Shown here: one piece after another, positions 23,335-33,875 of the stretch
Position numbering within the stretch: the first letter of the stretch is position 1
Layout of the letters: each line of letters opens with the position of its first letter
Translations under genes and position numbers: made by a program
Origin: Podarcis cretensis
Taxonomy: Eukaryota
Length of the DNA: 64,000 nucleotides
NCBI GenBank assembly: GCA_951804945.1
Contig: OX638156.1
Span: 59,520,001 to 59,584,000, forward strand
Direction: 5' to 3'
The notes under the pieces: model-generated
Databases searched by the model: none
Told to the model about the DNA's origin: nothing
Seen by the model: the letters and a program-made list of their open reading frames with translations, nothing else

Positions 23335-24140
23335 CGGGAACGTATACAGGGGAACCAAGATGATCAAGGGTCTAGAAACTAAGCCTTATGAAGGATGGGT
23401 TGAGGGCAGAAACTGAGATATGAAAGCTAGGAGCTAAATGGCACCTTAAACCTAGGTTATGGGCGCAGCAACGGAATGTCTAGGCACGCTTTTTTAATAA
23501 TGCAAGGCTGAAAATGAATGAACTGCAGCTAAAATTTTCTATTCATTTTTCACATGTCCAATCCTTCCCCTGCTCAGCCCCCTAATATTCTTCAGAGGGT
23601 CTCTTCTCCAGTCTTCAGAGTGTAGCTGGAAGTGGGGAGGCAGAAAAAGGTCCTCCTTTCCTTCCACTCTGCAGTTTTAATCTGAAATCTTAGGTGCAGA
23701 AGTGCGCCCAAAGCTCAGAAGCTGCTCCCGCTAATGAAATTCCCTTTCACAAAATGCGCATAGAACAATGCGAGTTTTGAACACTGGTTGAGGGAACTGG
23801 GTATGTGCAGCCTGGAGAAGGTTAAGAGGGGGCACGATAGCCATCTTCAAATATCTAAAGGGCTGTTGCAGCCTATTTTCTACTGCTCCAGAGGGTAGGA
23901 CCTGAACCAATGGGTTCAGATTACAAGATAGGAGATTATGATTAAACATTAAGAATGACTTTCTGACATCAAAAACTGTTCAACGGTGGAACAGACTACC
24001 TCCAAGGTGGTGGCCTCTCCACTGGAGATTTAACAGAGGTTGGATAGTCATCTGTCAAGAATTACTTAACTGTGATTCCTGCATTACAGAGGGTTGGACT
24101 AGATGACCCTTGGGGTGCCTCCCAACTCCTATGAATCTAT
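23335..24140 (+). mobile_element. CR1 LINE 3' fragment split by a hAT element
   Basis: accaagatgatcaagggtctagaaac ... ggttggactagatgacccttgggg ... tatgaatctat tail. Confidence 0.88.
23407..23786. mobile_element. hAT-type non-autonomous element inserted in CR1
   Basis: CAG...CTG termini; perfect 8-bp TSD gttgaggg at 23399-23406 and 23787-23794; CR1 continues on both sides. Confidence 0.8.
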
Positions 24141-26173
24141 TATAAACTCTATAATACACCACAAACCTATACCTGCAAGCTTCTTGCCTCTACTTGTCTG
24201 TGGTACGATTCAGATGATTCCAAACCATGCTCTGGTATTACGTTGTAGTGTAGGAAAACAAACATGGGATTCATGCACTCTCTCAACCTCCTCATGTAAT
24301 GTTTTCTTCAACTTTCTTCCAGGATTTAACAAGCTGTAAGTCTGCCCACAAGCCACTGTCGACCAGAGGAGACTATTTTTAATGCACATGTTGTTTAGCT
24401 CTTGTCGCTTACATGTTTTTTATTTCTCTCTTACTGTTTTAGCATTTTGCAAGAGACAATGAAGAGTGAAAACAAGCTCTCATCTTCCATGTAAAAGACA
24501 AATCATTTTCCTTCTGTGGAAACCTAATGAACTATTTGGGCTCTGTACACACTACACCTTTAAAACACATTTTAAGCACATTTCCCCCCTTCAAAGAATT
24601 CTGGGCACTGTCGTTTCCCCCTGGCAGTGCTACAACTCCCACTCACCTTAAAACTAGTGTGCCCAGAATTCTTTAGAGGGGGGAAATGTGCATTGAATGT
24701 GCTTTAAAGACATAGTGTGCATTCAGTCTTGGGCTAGAGAGAATTGTTTCCTTGCATAACCCATTGTTAAAAACTGAACTAGCGTAAACTATAATGCGAC
24801 TTACTTGTTTCTGCAGGTGATTCTGTGATCACACACAGTGCCCCCACCCCCACTGCAATCTATTGCTCCATATACATATCACTGCTTACAGAGTCCTCCT
24901 TGCCAATGGTGGGGTTTCTCCTTGCATACAGAGAGATGCACCTTTCGTCAAAAAACAAACAAAACAAAAACAAAAATACACTTAATAGGTGGTCCTGTGC
25001 ACACAATAGAGTTCAACAAGGAACTGCTGTACCAAGGCCACATGCGTGACACATGCACAAAAATTGCTTTCCTTGCCAACCCCATTAACTGCAAGGCTGA
25101 AGGAGACAGTTTGGCTATGAAATGTTTCCTGGCCTCTTGGATTCAGGCACAAATAAAATCAGGTCTATTTATAGACCCTTTTCTGCAATTACTGCACTCA
25201 AAGTAGGTTGTCAACAGATATAAAGGCCCTTGTAGGAGATGGAGTGGGAAATAAAATGTACTATACAATAAGCAGGCAACTTGAAGGCCGTGGGGTTGCT
25301 GTAGCATTTGCGGATACAGATATGTCAAAAGCATGTGGGCTTCCCTATAATAAAAAGATCTACACACCTACCTGCCATTCTTGTACTGTGCTGTTGCCAG
25401 TCTCAGTAAATTCAAAACGAAACGTCACATACACTACAGTAGATGATTTGCACAGCAGCCATGTTTCAGAGATCAAATCCTGGCTCAATCAGCCCAGGAG
25501 CATTAGCTCCTTCACTCTTCCCCTTTCACAAGCACCAAAGCAATCACACGAACAAGCTTCCTGTTCCATGTGAGAAGCAAGAACTATTTTGGGAGACAAA
25601 AAACCCAGGATCCAACCCTGGTTTAAAGCTTGCTTCCAAACCCTGGCTCCTTTAGAAGCCATTAACTGTTATCTTCCAGTTTGTACATAATGGAAGGCTT
25701 GTGTTAAACCTGGAAGCTGCAATTGTTTAGCCGTTCATGCAAGCAGAGGAATGAACGGGTAAATGCAGGTATGTGCCGTGTCGCACAGTCTCAGGACTCA
25801 CGCCCAGGGGATCGGCTGCCACTCAACTCCTGGGATTGTTCCATGCCCTCCCTCAGCCCCAACTTTACCACCACTATTGTGTAGTCTTTAGGGCAAGGTC
25901 CATAGCTCAGTGGCGGTGCATCTGCTCTGCATGCAGAAGGTGCCATCTCCAGGTAGAGCTTCTAGTCACTGTAGGCAACGCTGAGCTAGACAGGCCAGCC
26001 GAGTCTCGTTCAGTGTTCCTATGCTCCTATGTAGTCTGGCCATTTGGAGTTTGCAGTGGGTGGCTGGAGATTGTGCGCATGTGGATATGGGGGGTGAGTG
26101 GGGGTGGAATCGCATGCCTTTCAAAAGAAAATGGATGTCACGAATGATTTTAAAAAATGTGGGTGTTTAAACA

Positions 26174-26179
26174 TTTATT
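26174..26179 (-). terminator. Probable distal polyadenylation signal AATAAA of TENT4B
   Basis: Plus-strand tttatt at 26174-26179; UGUA about 90 nt upstream; U-rich downstream sequence on the minus strand. Confidence 0.65.
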
Positions 26180-27126
26180 TTATATCTATATATATTTCCA
26201 CAAAATGTTCACAAAAAAGTATTCAAACTCAAAAAAGGAATTAGACTTGAGTTGAATACAGAGATGAAATGTACAAGATAAATGAGCAGGCAAAACTCGA
26301 AGCTATTTTCTTTTTACTTCAGATTGAAAAAGGCGAACAGTTCAACTGTCCAGTTTAAATAAAAGTTTTGCTTAGACATACAGTGTTTCATGAATACAAT
26401 GCTGGTAATCTGAGGCAAAGTAAATACCTCAATTTCTCCTTCATGCTTTATTTTTCTTCGATGTTGTCTTCTGTTAAGAAATATACTGTTTACAAAATGA
26501 AACTCGAGCAGTCCAGGAAAAGCTAATTTTCCATTAAAATTTATGAAAACCATAAATTGAGGCAAACCTAAGATTCACAACGGAATCAAGATTATCTTCC
26601 CGCTACCACCACATTAAAATAATCACATGCTTATTGGAACACCAAACTCTGCATCCCGACAGAACATTTGTTTCCAACAATGAGGGTGATTCTTTGAAGA
26701 AGAAAAATTAAATAATGATAAAAATAATAACAACAACCCTTCAGTGTGGTTAAGTAATACAGATCGATGTATTACACATTTGTAACAGCGTTTGATAACA
26801 GCAGCTAGTAATACTGGATTACTATAATTTAGAATTTGTTCCCAAAGCAGTGAAGGTAGGCCTACACAGTTATAAAACATTTTTAAAATTCAAAATAAAT
26901 ACTTTTCAATAATGCATAATGTACTTGCAGCAAATTATAGTAACAAAAATATTGTTGATAAAAACTGATCATAACAGAAAATGGATCTAAAATTGAAAAC
27001 ATTGACAGGTTAACATTCTTTTTCCTTTAAGCTTAGTGTTCTTGAGCATTAGGGTGGGCTGGGTTGTGTTTCCCTCCTCCATTTCCTTGGAAGTTAAATA
27101 AATGCTTTACCATCAAGAGTGTGTTT

Positions 27127-27132
27127 TTTATT
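27127..27132 (-). terminator. Candidate proximal polyadenylation signal AATAAA in the TENT4B 3' UTR
   Basis: Plus-strand tttatt at 27127-27132; other hexamers at 26447, 28563 and 28645. Confidence 0.35.
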
Positions 27133-27332
27133 AAGTTTTCAGTGATGACAGTTTTTGGTCGTTTTGCATTATTTTACTTAAAAAGCTTTTGCACTAGATC
27201 AGTGCTTATTAAAGGTCAAGTTGGTCTGCAATTATAAAAGAAAACATCTAAAAGCTAATTATTATTCCTCATAAAAGGATCATCATCATTCTCCAGACTG
27301 GATACACTGAACACAGTCTTACATACTGAATA

Positions 27333-27362
<30 letters not shown>
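27333..27362. repeat. (CACG)7 microsatellite in the TENT4B 3' UTR
   Basis: Seven perfect CACG units plus CA. Confidence 0.95.
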
Positions 27363-27363
<1 letters not shown>

Positions 27364-28945
27364 ACACACTTTCCTCTTCAAAGAAAAATGTTACAGTAAA
27401 AGTCACTTTACATTCTATCAATTAAAGTGCTCCAAATCCTTTTTGCAAACAATGCAAGTGACTACAAACCTACATGTCCCATTTAGCATTCATCGCATGA
27501 ACTTCTTGTCAGTCTTAAAACCCACAGCATGGCTGAGCTTAGGAAATGTTCAAATGTTTTTAAAAGGTGGGATGGGAGATTTTTGACAAAGTACTTGGAT
27601 ATGAAAAAGGTTTCAGCTCTTTAGACAGCAATACAAATTTATTTCCATTATTGAAGACCGTTTAATTCTTTGAGTGGATTTAAAAATATACCGAAAAAGG
27701 AATGAGATAACAAGGGAATTTTTTTTTCCAACTGCCTTAACAGTTCCATTTCTCAAGTTTTTGTTTTTTTTTAAGAAAAAGATACAAAGTTGCAAGGTAA
27801 AGGAGAAAAAAAATGGGGATGAAGGCACAAAAAAAGACATAAGGTTTAGAGGAGGTCCCAAAATGTAGACATCACCAATGAACTTGAGATGTTTTCCTTC
27901 ATGTAGCAAAGTGCTTCCTTCCCTGCCCCCCCTCAAGTAGCTTGGTTTCCTATCAAATAATAATAAAAAAACCCTAAGGTTTCTGATGAAAACTAACCTG
28001 GAATAACCCTTTTTGCCTGAGAAGATGGCACATCAGAAAGAAGGTGAAGAGTTCATTTTCCACTCGTGCGAGAGGAAATACAAGCTCCAAGTTGACACAT
28101 GATGCATTTTTACACTTTATAAACAAGTCTTTGCGCCCCTGCATCTTATCTGCCTTTTTTCCTTCAGAGAAGCAACATGTACAGACACATAAATGTGCTA
28201 TTAAATCATTTCAATGCTAAGGGGTGGGGGGGTGGGGGAAGCACACCACAATTTCTGAGCCATATAACTCACTACGTTGTCCGATGTTCAGCTGACAGTT
28301 CAGATTATTATTATTTTTAAGCTAGTCCTGAGGGAAAAGGAGGGGGATGTTTCTACAATTTAAATGGCAATGTTATGTAAAAAGTATTAACAAATCCACT
28401 ATTACAAATGTCAGTTTTCCTATATGGTCGTCTATAGATACACAATAAAATGGTAAATATATGCAAAAATAATTTAAAAATTATCATGCGTGAATTTACT
28501 CACTCTCCTTTGAACTTTGGGCTTCCCTCAAAATATAGTATTTTTTTTCACTTTTTTATCCTTTTATTTTAGTTCATTACCAACCCCTTAAACACACTGA
28601 ATACTACCCCCCCTACAGGTCAGCATAAAAGCTGATGGGAAATATTTATTTTACATTCAAGCTTTTATATCCTAAACAACCCTGTGGTAGCATATAACTC
28701 GCCACATAAGTGGCCTTTTGCTGCTCCCTCTTCCCTCCCTCCCCCCCTTTTGCTGTTATCAGTCTTCATGATCTGTTCCGTGGCGAGCTGGAAAAAATAA
28801 AAACTAAAATGCGTTGCTAATCAACGTTCCCATAGTCTTTTGAGACTCCAGATGAGGCCTGGGGATTCACTGTCCCAACTTACTCTTGTAGCATGAGAGA
28901 GATCATTGCACACAGAAGAACAGTCAAAATTGTCAGATAGGAGAA

Positions 28946-29260
<315 letters not shown>

Positions 29261-29347
29261 TCACATACAGATCAGGAAAGTTTATGTGAAGTTTCCAGGG
29301 CTACTCCAAACTAGCAGCTTCTAGCAGCTTTATAATTAATCTTGCAT

Positions 29348-29868
29348 TGTAGAGTACAGGGTCAGATTTAAGGTGCTGCTTTTGACCTTTAAAGCCCTTC
29401 ACGTCCTAGGACCCTCGTACCTACGGGACCGCCTCTCCCGGTATGCCCCACGGAGAGCCTCAAGGTCCATAAATAGCAACACCCTAGTGGTCCCGGGCCC
29501 TAAGGAAGTTAGATTGGCTTCAACCAGAGCCAGAGCCTTTTCAACTCTGGCTCCGGCCTGGTGGAACGCTCTGCCTCATGAGACCAGGGCCCTGCAGGAT
29601 CTGATTTCTTTCCACAGGGTCTGTAAGACAGAGTTGTTCCGCCTGGCCTTTGGCTTGGAGGCAATTTGATTCTTTTTTCCTTTCCTTCTCCTCCTGCGAT
29701 GAGGCTACATTTTAATATTTTAATGTTTCAATATTTTAATGTTGTATTTTAATTTTGTTTTTAAGTTGTAATCATTCAACTTGTTTTTATTATTGCTTGT
29801 AAGCCGCTCTGAGCCCGGCCTTGGCTGGGGAGGGCGGGGTATAAATAAAAATTATTATTATTATTATT
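29348..29868 (+). mobile_element. Young L2 LINE 3' end, antisense, in the last TENT4B intron
   Basis: Uninterrupted ORF2 C-terminus FKVLLLTFKALHVLGPSYLRDRL...APAWWNALP...KTELFRLAF*; 3' UTR and (TTA)n tail; CpGs retained. Confidence 0.92.
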
Positions 29869-31132
29869 ACATATGGAATCTCAACAGACTTCTCACCCTT
29901 CAGAGGGTATATAGAATGAATCTCTTTGAATGCACCTCAATTGCTTGCTATTCAAGCTAGTGGGCAAATGCCATTTTTTGAACTACTGACCAATTGTTAA
30001 AAGTGATGTCTAAAATTTTGGCTTGGAGTTTTCAAAATCTCAGCACTATTGTGCAACTACTCCAATCATGTTAAAAAAGAGGAAGAGGAGGAAGAGCAAA
30101 AGCACATCCACATTTTAAAGATTAAATGGCATGGCACTGACAGGAAAAAAGCAAAAGGCAGTGGTTTTTAATCCCTTTTGAATAAGTTCTTGAAAATGTA
30201 TTTTCATTTCTGTGGTATTGCGCCATCAAATATTTTAAAAAATATAGGCGAACAAGTAGTAATTAAAATAGCTACTTGATTGGGGGAAAATACACAGCTA
30301 AAACGATGTTCACTGGAAAGAATTATAGAGTTGGAAGAGACACCCCCCCCCCCAGGGTCATCTAGTTCAACGCCCTGCAATGCAGGAATCTCAATGAAGG
30401 TATGCTGTGGTATAGTTGAATGGCAATAGCCTCACCCTAAGGCACCACTGCACTTGTCAAAACAATGCCTCTAAATAAAAATACGCAAAAGCCCTAAGGA
30501 GATCTACACCTGCGGAGACTGTGTTACTGTTCCATTGCTCCCAAAATACGTTTGATTCTCTGTGGCCTAGAAAAAACTGAAGAAGCAAATAAGGCAACCG
30601 TTTTAGGATGTTACACAGGTACCCCATAAAATGTGTGTGAACACATCATAACGATTCAAAGCATATAGGCAGAACATTCTGTGTCAGGTGCTGATGACTT
30701 ACAATAGCTGAGCTTTTAGAGTTTTAAATTTTGCACTATTTTTTATCTTAGGTTTCAATTGTACGTCGCTCTGGACAGGCATTTGCTCAGAACGACGGCC
30801 TAAAAATGTACTTCTCTACATTTCTTTTGTGACCACTGAAACTCCTTTTATAGATCCCTTTCCTATTGCTAGAGAAGTCTTATTTTAGTAGCCTCCTCAT
30901 TACCATCAATCTCTGAAGAGGCAGGGGCAGGGGGAAGAGACCCCATCCCTCCAGATTTCAACCTCATGGGAAAATATGCTAGCTTGTGTAAGCGTGAGGT
31001 TACAGAATTTCTGCAAGCAACAAAATGCTGTACTGAAATCCCGGGCAGGGTGGGGATGCCACTTAAGGATAATAATGCTGGCAGTGGAAGAAGGAAGGGG
31101 ACCAAGGTGATTGAGCCCAATGCCCTACCAAC

Positions 31133-31297
31133 CTGGGACTTGTTTACAACACTGGATGCATTCACTGTTTGGCCACTTGGTATTTTCCCACTCAACTGCG
31201 TGGATCCCAGTGATATGTCCTGAGTAGCCATTCTGTTTGCTGTAGTTTGGCGGCAGCCCAGCTGTTTAGAGGTTTTGCATGGTGTTCCATCAGACTC
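31133..31297 (-). CDS. TENT4B: TENT4B exon 11 (165 nt)
   Basis: ccaacag| ... |gttggt; ESDGTPCKTSKQLGCRQTTANRMATQDISLGSTQLSGKIPSGQTVNASSVVNKSQ. Confidence 0.93.
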
Positions 31298-33149
31298 CTG
31301 TTGGGAAACAGGCATCAGCAGGAACATGTCAGTTAAGGGGAAAGACAGGAGAGGCCGGTTCTTTCAGATGGTCAGCACCTTCAAAACTACAACCAGGTAA
31401 GGGACTACTGCTCTCAAATATAAGACGTGATAAGGGCCCTTTATTGCTCCCAGATCCAGTGACCTATCAGAATCACATTTGTACCGAGGGAATGTTCCCA
31501 AATCACATTTCACGTATGTACTATGCAAATATTCTCCACAAAAATGAGCTTTTAAAATGCTGGATTGATGCAAGCATCCATCTAATTATTTTAGACCCAC
31601 CAACAGCTGCATAAAATGCAATACTTCCCCGCCTTTTCTTTATGTAACTAGCTTTTATCGTGTTAGAGAGGCCTAAGGAATTAGCTCTTTTTGCATATTC
31701 TGGATAATCTGCTTCTATGGAAGCCATGAGGCTAGAGGAGAGAGAGCTCTTTAAGACAATCCCAACTCATACACCGTTTCCCCTCTTTTTAATTATCTCA
31801 GAGGCTAATGCAAGTCTGGCAAATATTTGCTGTCCTGATCATTTTGGCTCATGTCTGGCACCAGGAATGCCTAAGGAGGCAGGTCCTATACAAACATAAA
31901 TTTCTTTCATATCCTACAGATGCCAATACACTTTCCAGGAAACCCAGATCTAGAAGGCTAGGCCTGCACAACTACTGATCCACCAGCAATGTACTAAGGG
32001 CTGCTGGGAGCTTCAGCACCCATTGGGTTGGTTTTTTGACCCAGGTAGTGAAAGCTGGAGAATCACCTAGTCTCTGTTGGGCCGGGATACAGGGCTGGTT
32101 AGCTATATGCCTTGCCAGTTACAAGTGCAGCTGTACAAGCACATGCTGCTTATATCAAACCCAAAAGACAGAAAGCAAAAGCATCATATTGAAACCAGGT
32201 TGAGACCATCTCAGTCCGGGAGATGCTGAATGTGTGCAAGGGTACACCAGGGAATCCTGACAATTGCCTAATTATTGCGAGCATTCACTACTGTATGAGT
32301 AGTAGGGGAAAGTATATCCCTTTCTGGAAATTTTAAACTTCCATCTTGTGGTTTTTGGAATTCCCATGTGAACAATCAACGCTCACCAAATTTTAGGGCA
32401 TCCACTGAAACTAACATATATAGTTTCTAAGAACATAAAATAGAAAAGCAGGTATTGCCATAATCGCTGGGCTGCATAAACAAGGGTGCTGCTTTAAAGT
32501 ATGCTTAGAGGTGCTTGCTCTGTATGGTTTTGTTTCATTTTAAAACTTATGTTCCTTGAAGATCAGACTCATATAAACCCTGGCGTCACTAACCACCCTT
32601 TGCACTCTTCTCAGAGGACTGCCATGTTCCATCTCCCACTGCCTTGGAGGTTTAGGTGGCTGGGACTGGCAGAATGGTGTTTTTGACTATGGCATCCAGA
32701 TTTCAGAACTTCTTCTGAAGAAGGCAGACTACTAGCCTTCGCCTTGGCTTTTTATTAATTTGTTACATGCTTTTGTGTTTTGCCAAACTTTTGAACTGTC
32801 CTATGCTTTTTTGCCCCTCTCACAGGTTTGTATCTCATTTTTTTATTATGTCTTGTTTTAATTGATAATGTAAGCACAGCTTTCGGGAGCTAAAAGATAA
32901 GAATGAGTTTATAACTGAGTGCAAACAAATATGCATTTGCAACTCTTCACAATTTTGTTTCGTTTTTAAACTGTTTGCTATAAGGATACCGTTTGAGGCA
33001 AGGAAAATTCAAAGCGGCCCATCCCTAAATACACAAAACAACTTTGTGGTGGTGGGAGGGGGTTTTCCTGAGCAAAGCAGTTTGATTCTGCCTTTCTCTG
33101 CATGAAGACACAAAGCAGCAAAGAAGGGGGGAAATACTACTATAAAAAA

Positions 33150-33686
33150 GACTATTGGCACAATACAAAACAGACAAAAGGAATAACTTATCCAATTCTA
33201 AAATCTTTAACTAAAATGTCCCTTGGACCAGGGCTGTCTTTAGAGCCCTTTTAAAAGCTGGTGTTCCTGGAGGGGTGGGCACATTTCTATGGGGAAGCCA
33301 TTGCATAACCTGGATGCCACAATTTTAAAAGGTCATTTTTCTTGCTCCCATTAATTGAACTTCTGCCAGTGGTGGTACCACAAGGGGGGCCTCAGAAAAC
33401 AAGCAATGTTTCTGAATGGGTTCATATGGGACAAGGTAATTCCCAAGATACCATGTTCCCTGACAACTTAGGTTTTTATTTTAAAAGACCAGAGCCACAG
33501 CACTTCAAACTGAGCCCGGAAACAGTGGCCAGTGAAGACAACACAAGAATTACATAATATGGCCTTCCATATAGCTCCAAACAATAGTTTGGCTGCTATA
33601 TTCAGGACCAGCTGGGGTAACTACACTGCTTCAAGGGAAGCTAGCGTGCATTACAATAATCCAATGGGACAGTGACCAGGGCACGA
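33150..33686 (-). mobile_element. Old L2 LINE fragment abutting the exon 10 donor
   Basis: Minus strand reads RALVTVPLDYCNA...LPLK...QLVLN, matching the L2 ORF2 motif HALVTSRLDYCNAL...LQLVQN; 3' boundary approximate. Confidence 0.75.
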
Positions 33687-33693
33687 TACTTAC

Positions 33694-33875
33694 TACGTCG
33701 CTGGAGCTAGAGAGTGTAGAAGATGATGATGATAAAGGGCCTGATGAAGAATTTGATGAGTGTTTGCTTGGTGTCTCTGTTTTACTTCTAGGTTTCCCTA
33801 GTGATTCATTCCCTTCGGAAAGATTATTGTTGCATTTGTCCAACTGCTGGTTGTCTATCAAGGTCACCCCATTAC
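33694..33875 (-). CDS. TENT4B: TENT4B exon 10 (182 nt), Ser-rich region
   Basis: ttaacag| ... |gtaagt; (G)NGVTLIDNQQLDKCNNNLSEGNESLGKPRSKTETPSKHSSNSSSGPLSSSSSTLSSSSDV, within ORF-track 33631..33903. Confidence 0.93.

Larger units (their letters stand above)
26155..28945 (-). other. TENT4B: TENT4B 3' UTR (~2.8 kb, probable extent)
   Basis: AU-rich stretch with no recognisable transposons, directly after the stop codon; ends at an AATAAA followed by a U-rich tract, beyond which repeats resume. Confidence 0.75.

Noticed and set aside
25208-25573. 121-aa plus-strand ORF in the intergenic region
   Set aside because: Starts at TTG, resembles no protein I recognise, has no supporting exon structure, and its 3' end runs into a repeat
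26155-28945. CNGGN pentaloop stem (ZCCHC14/TENT4-recruiting element) in TENT4B's own 3' UTR
   Set aside because: I checked the CNGG occurrences I could spot by eye (near 26350, 26515, 27295, 27998, 28016, 28138, 28327, 28682, 28850); none had a convincing closing stem. A formal structure scan is still needed
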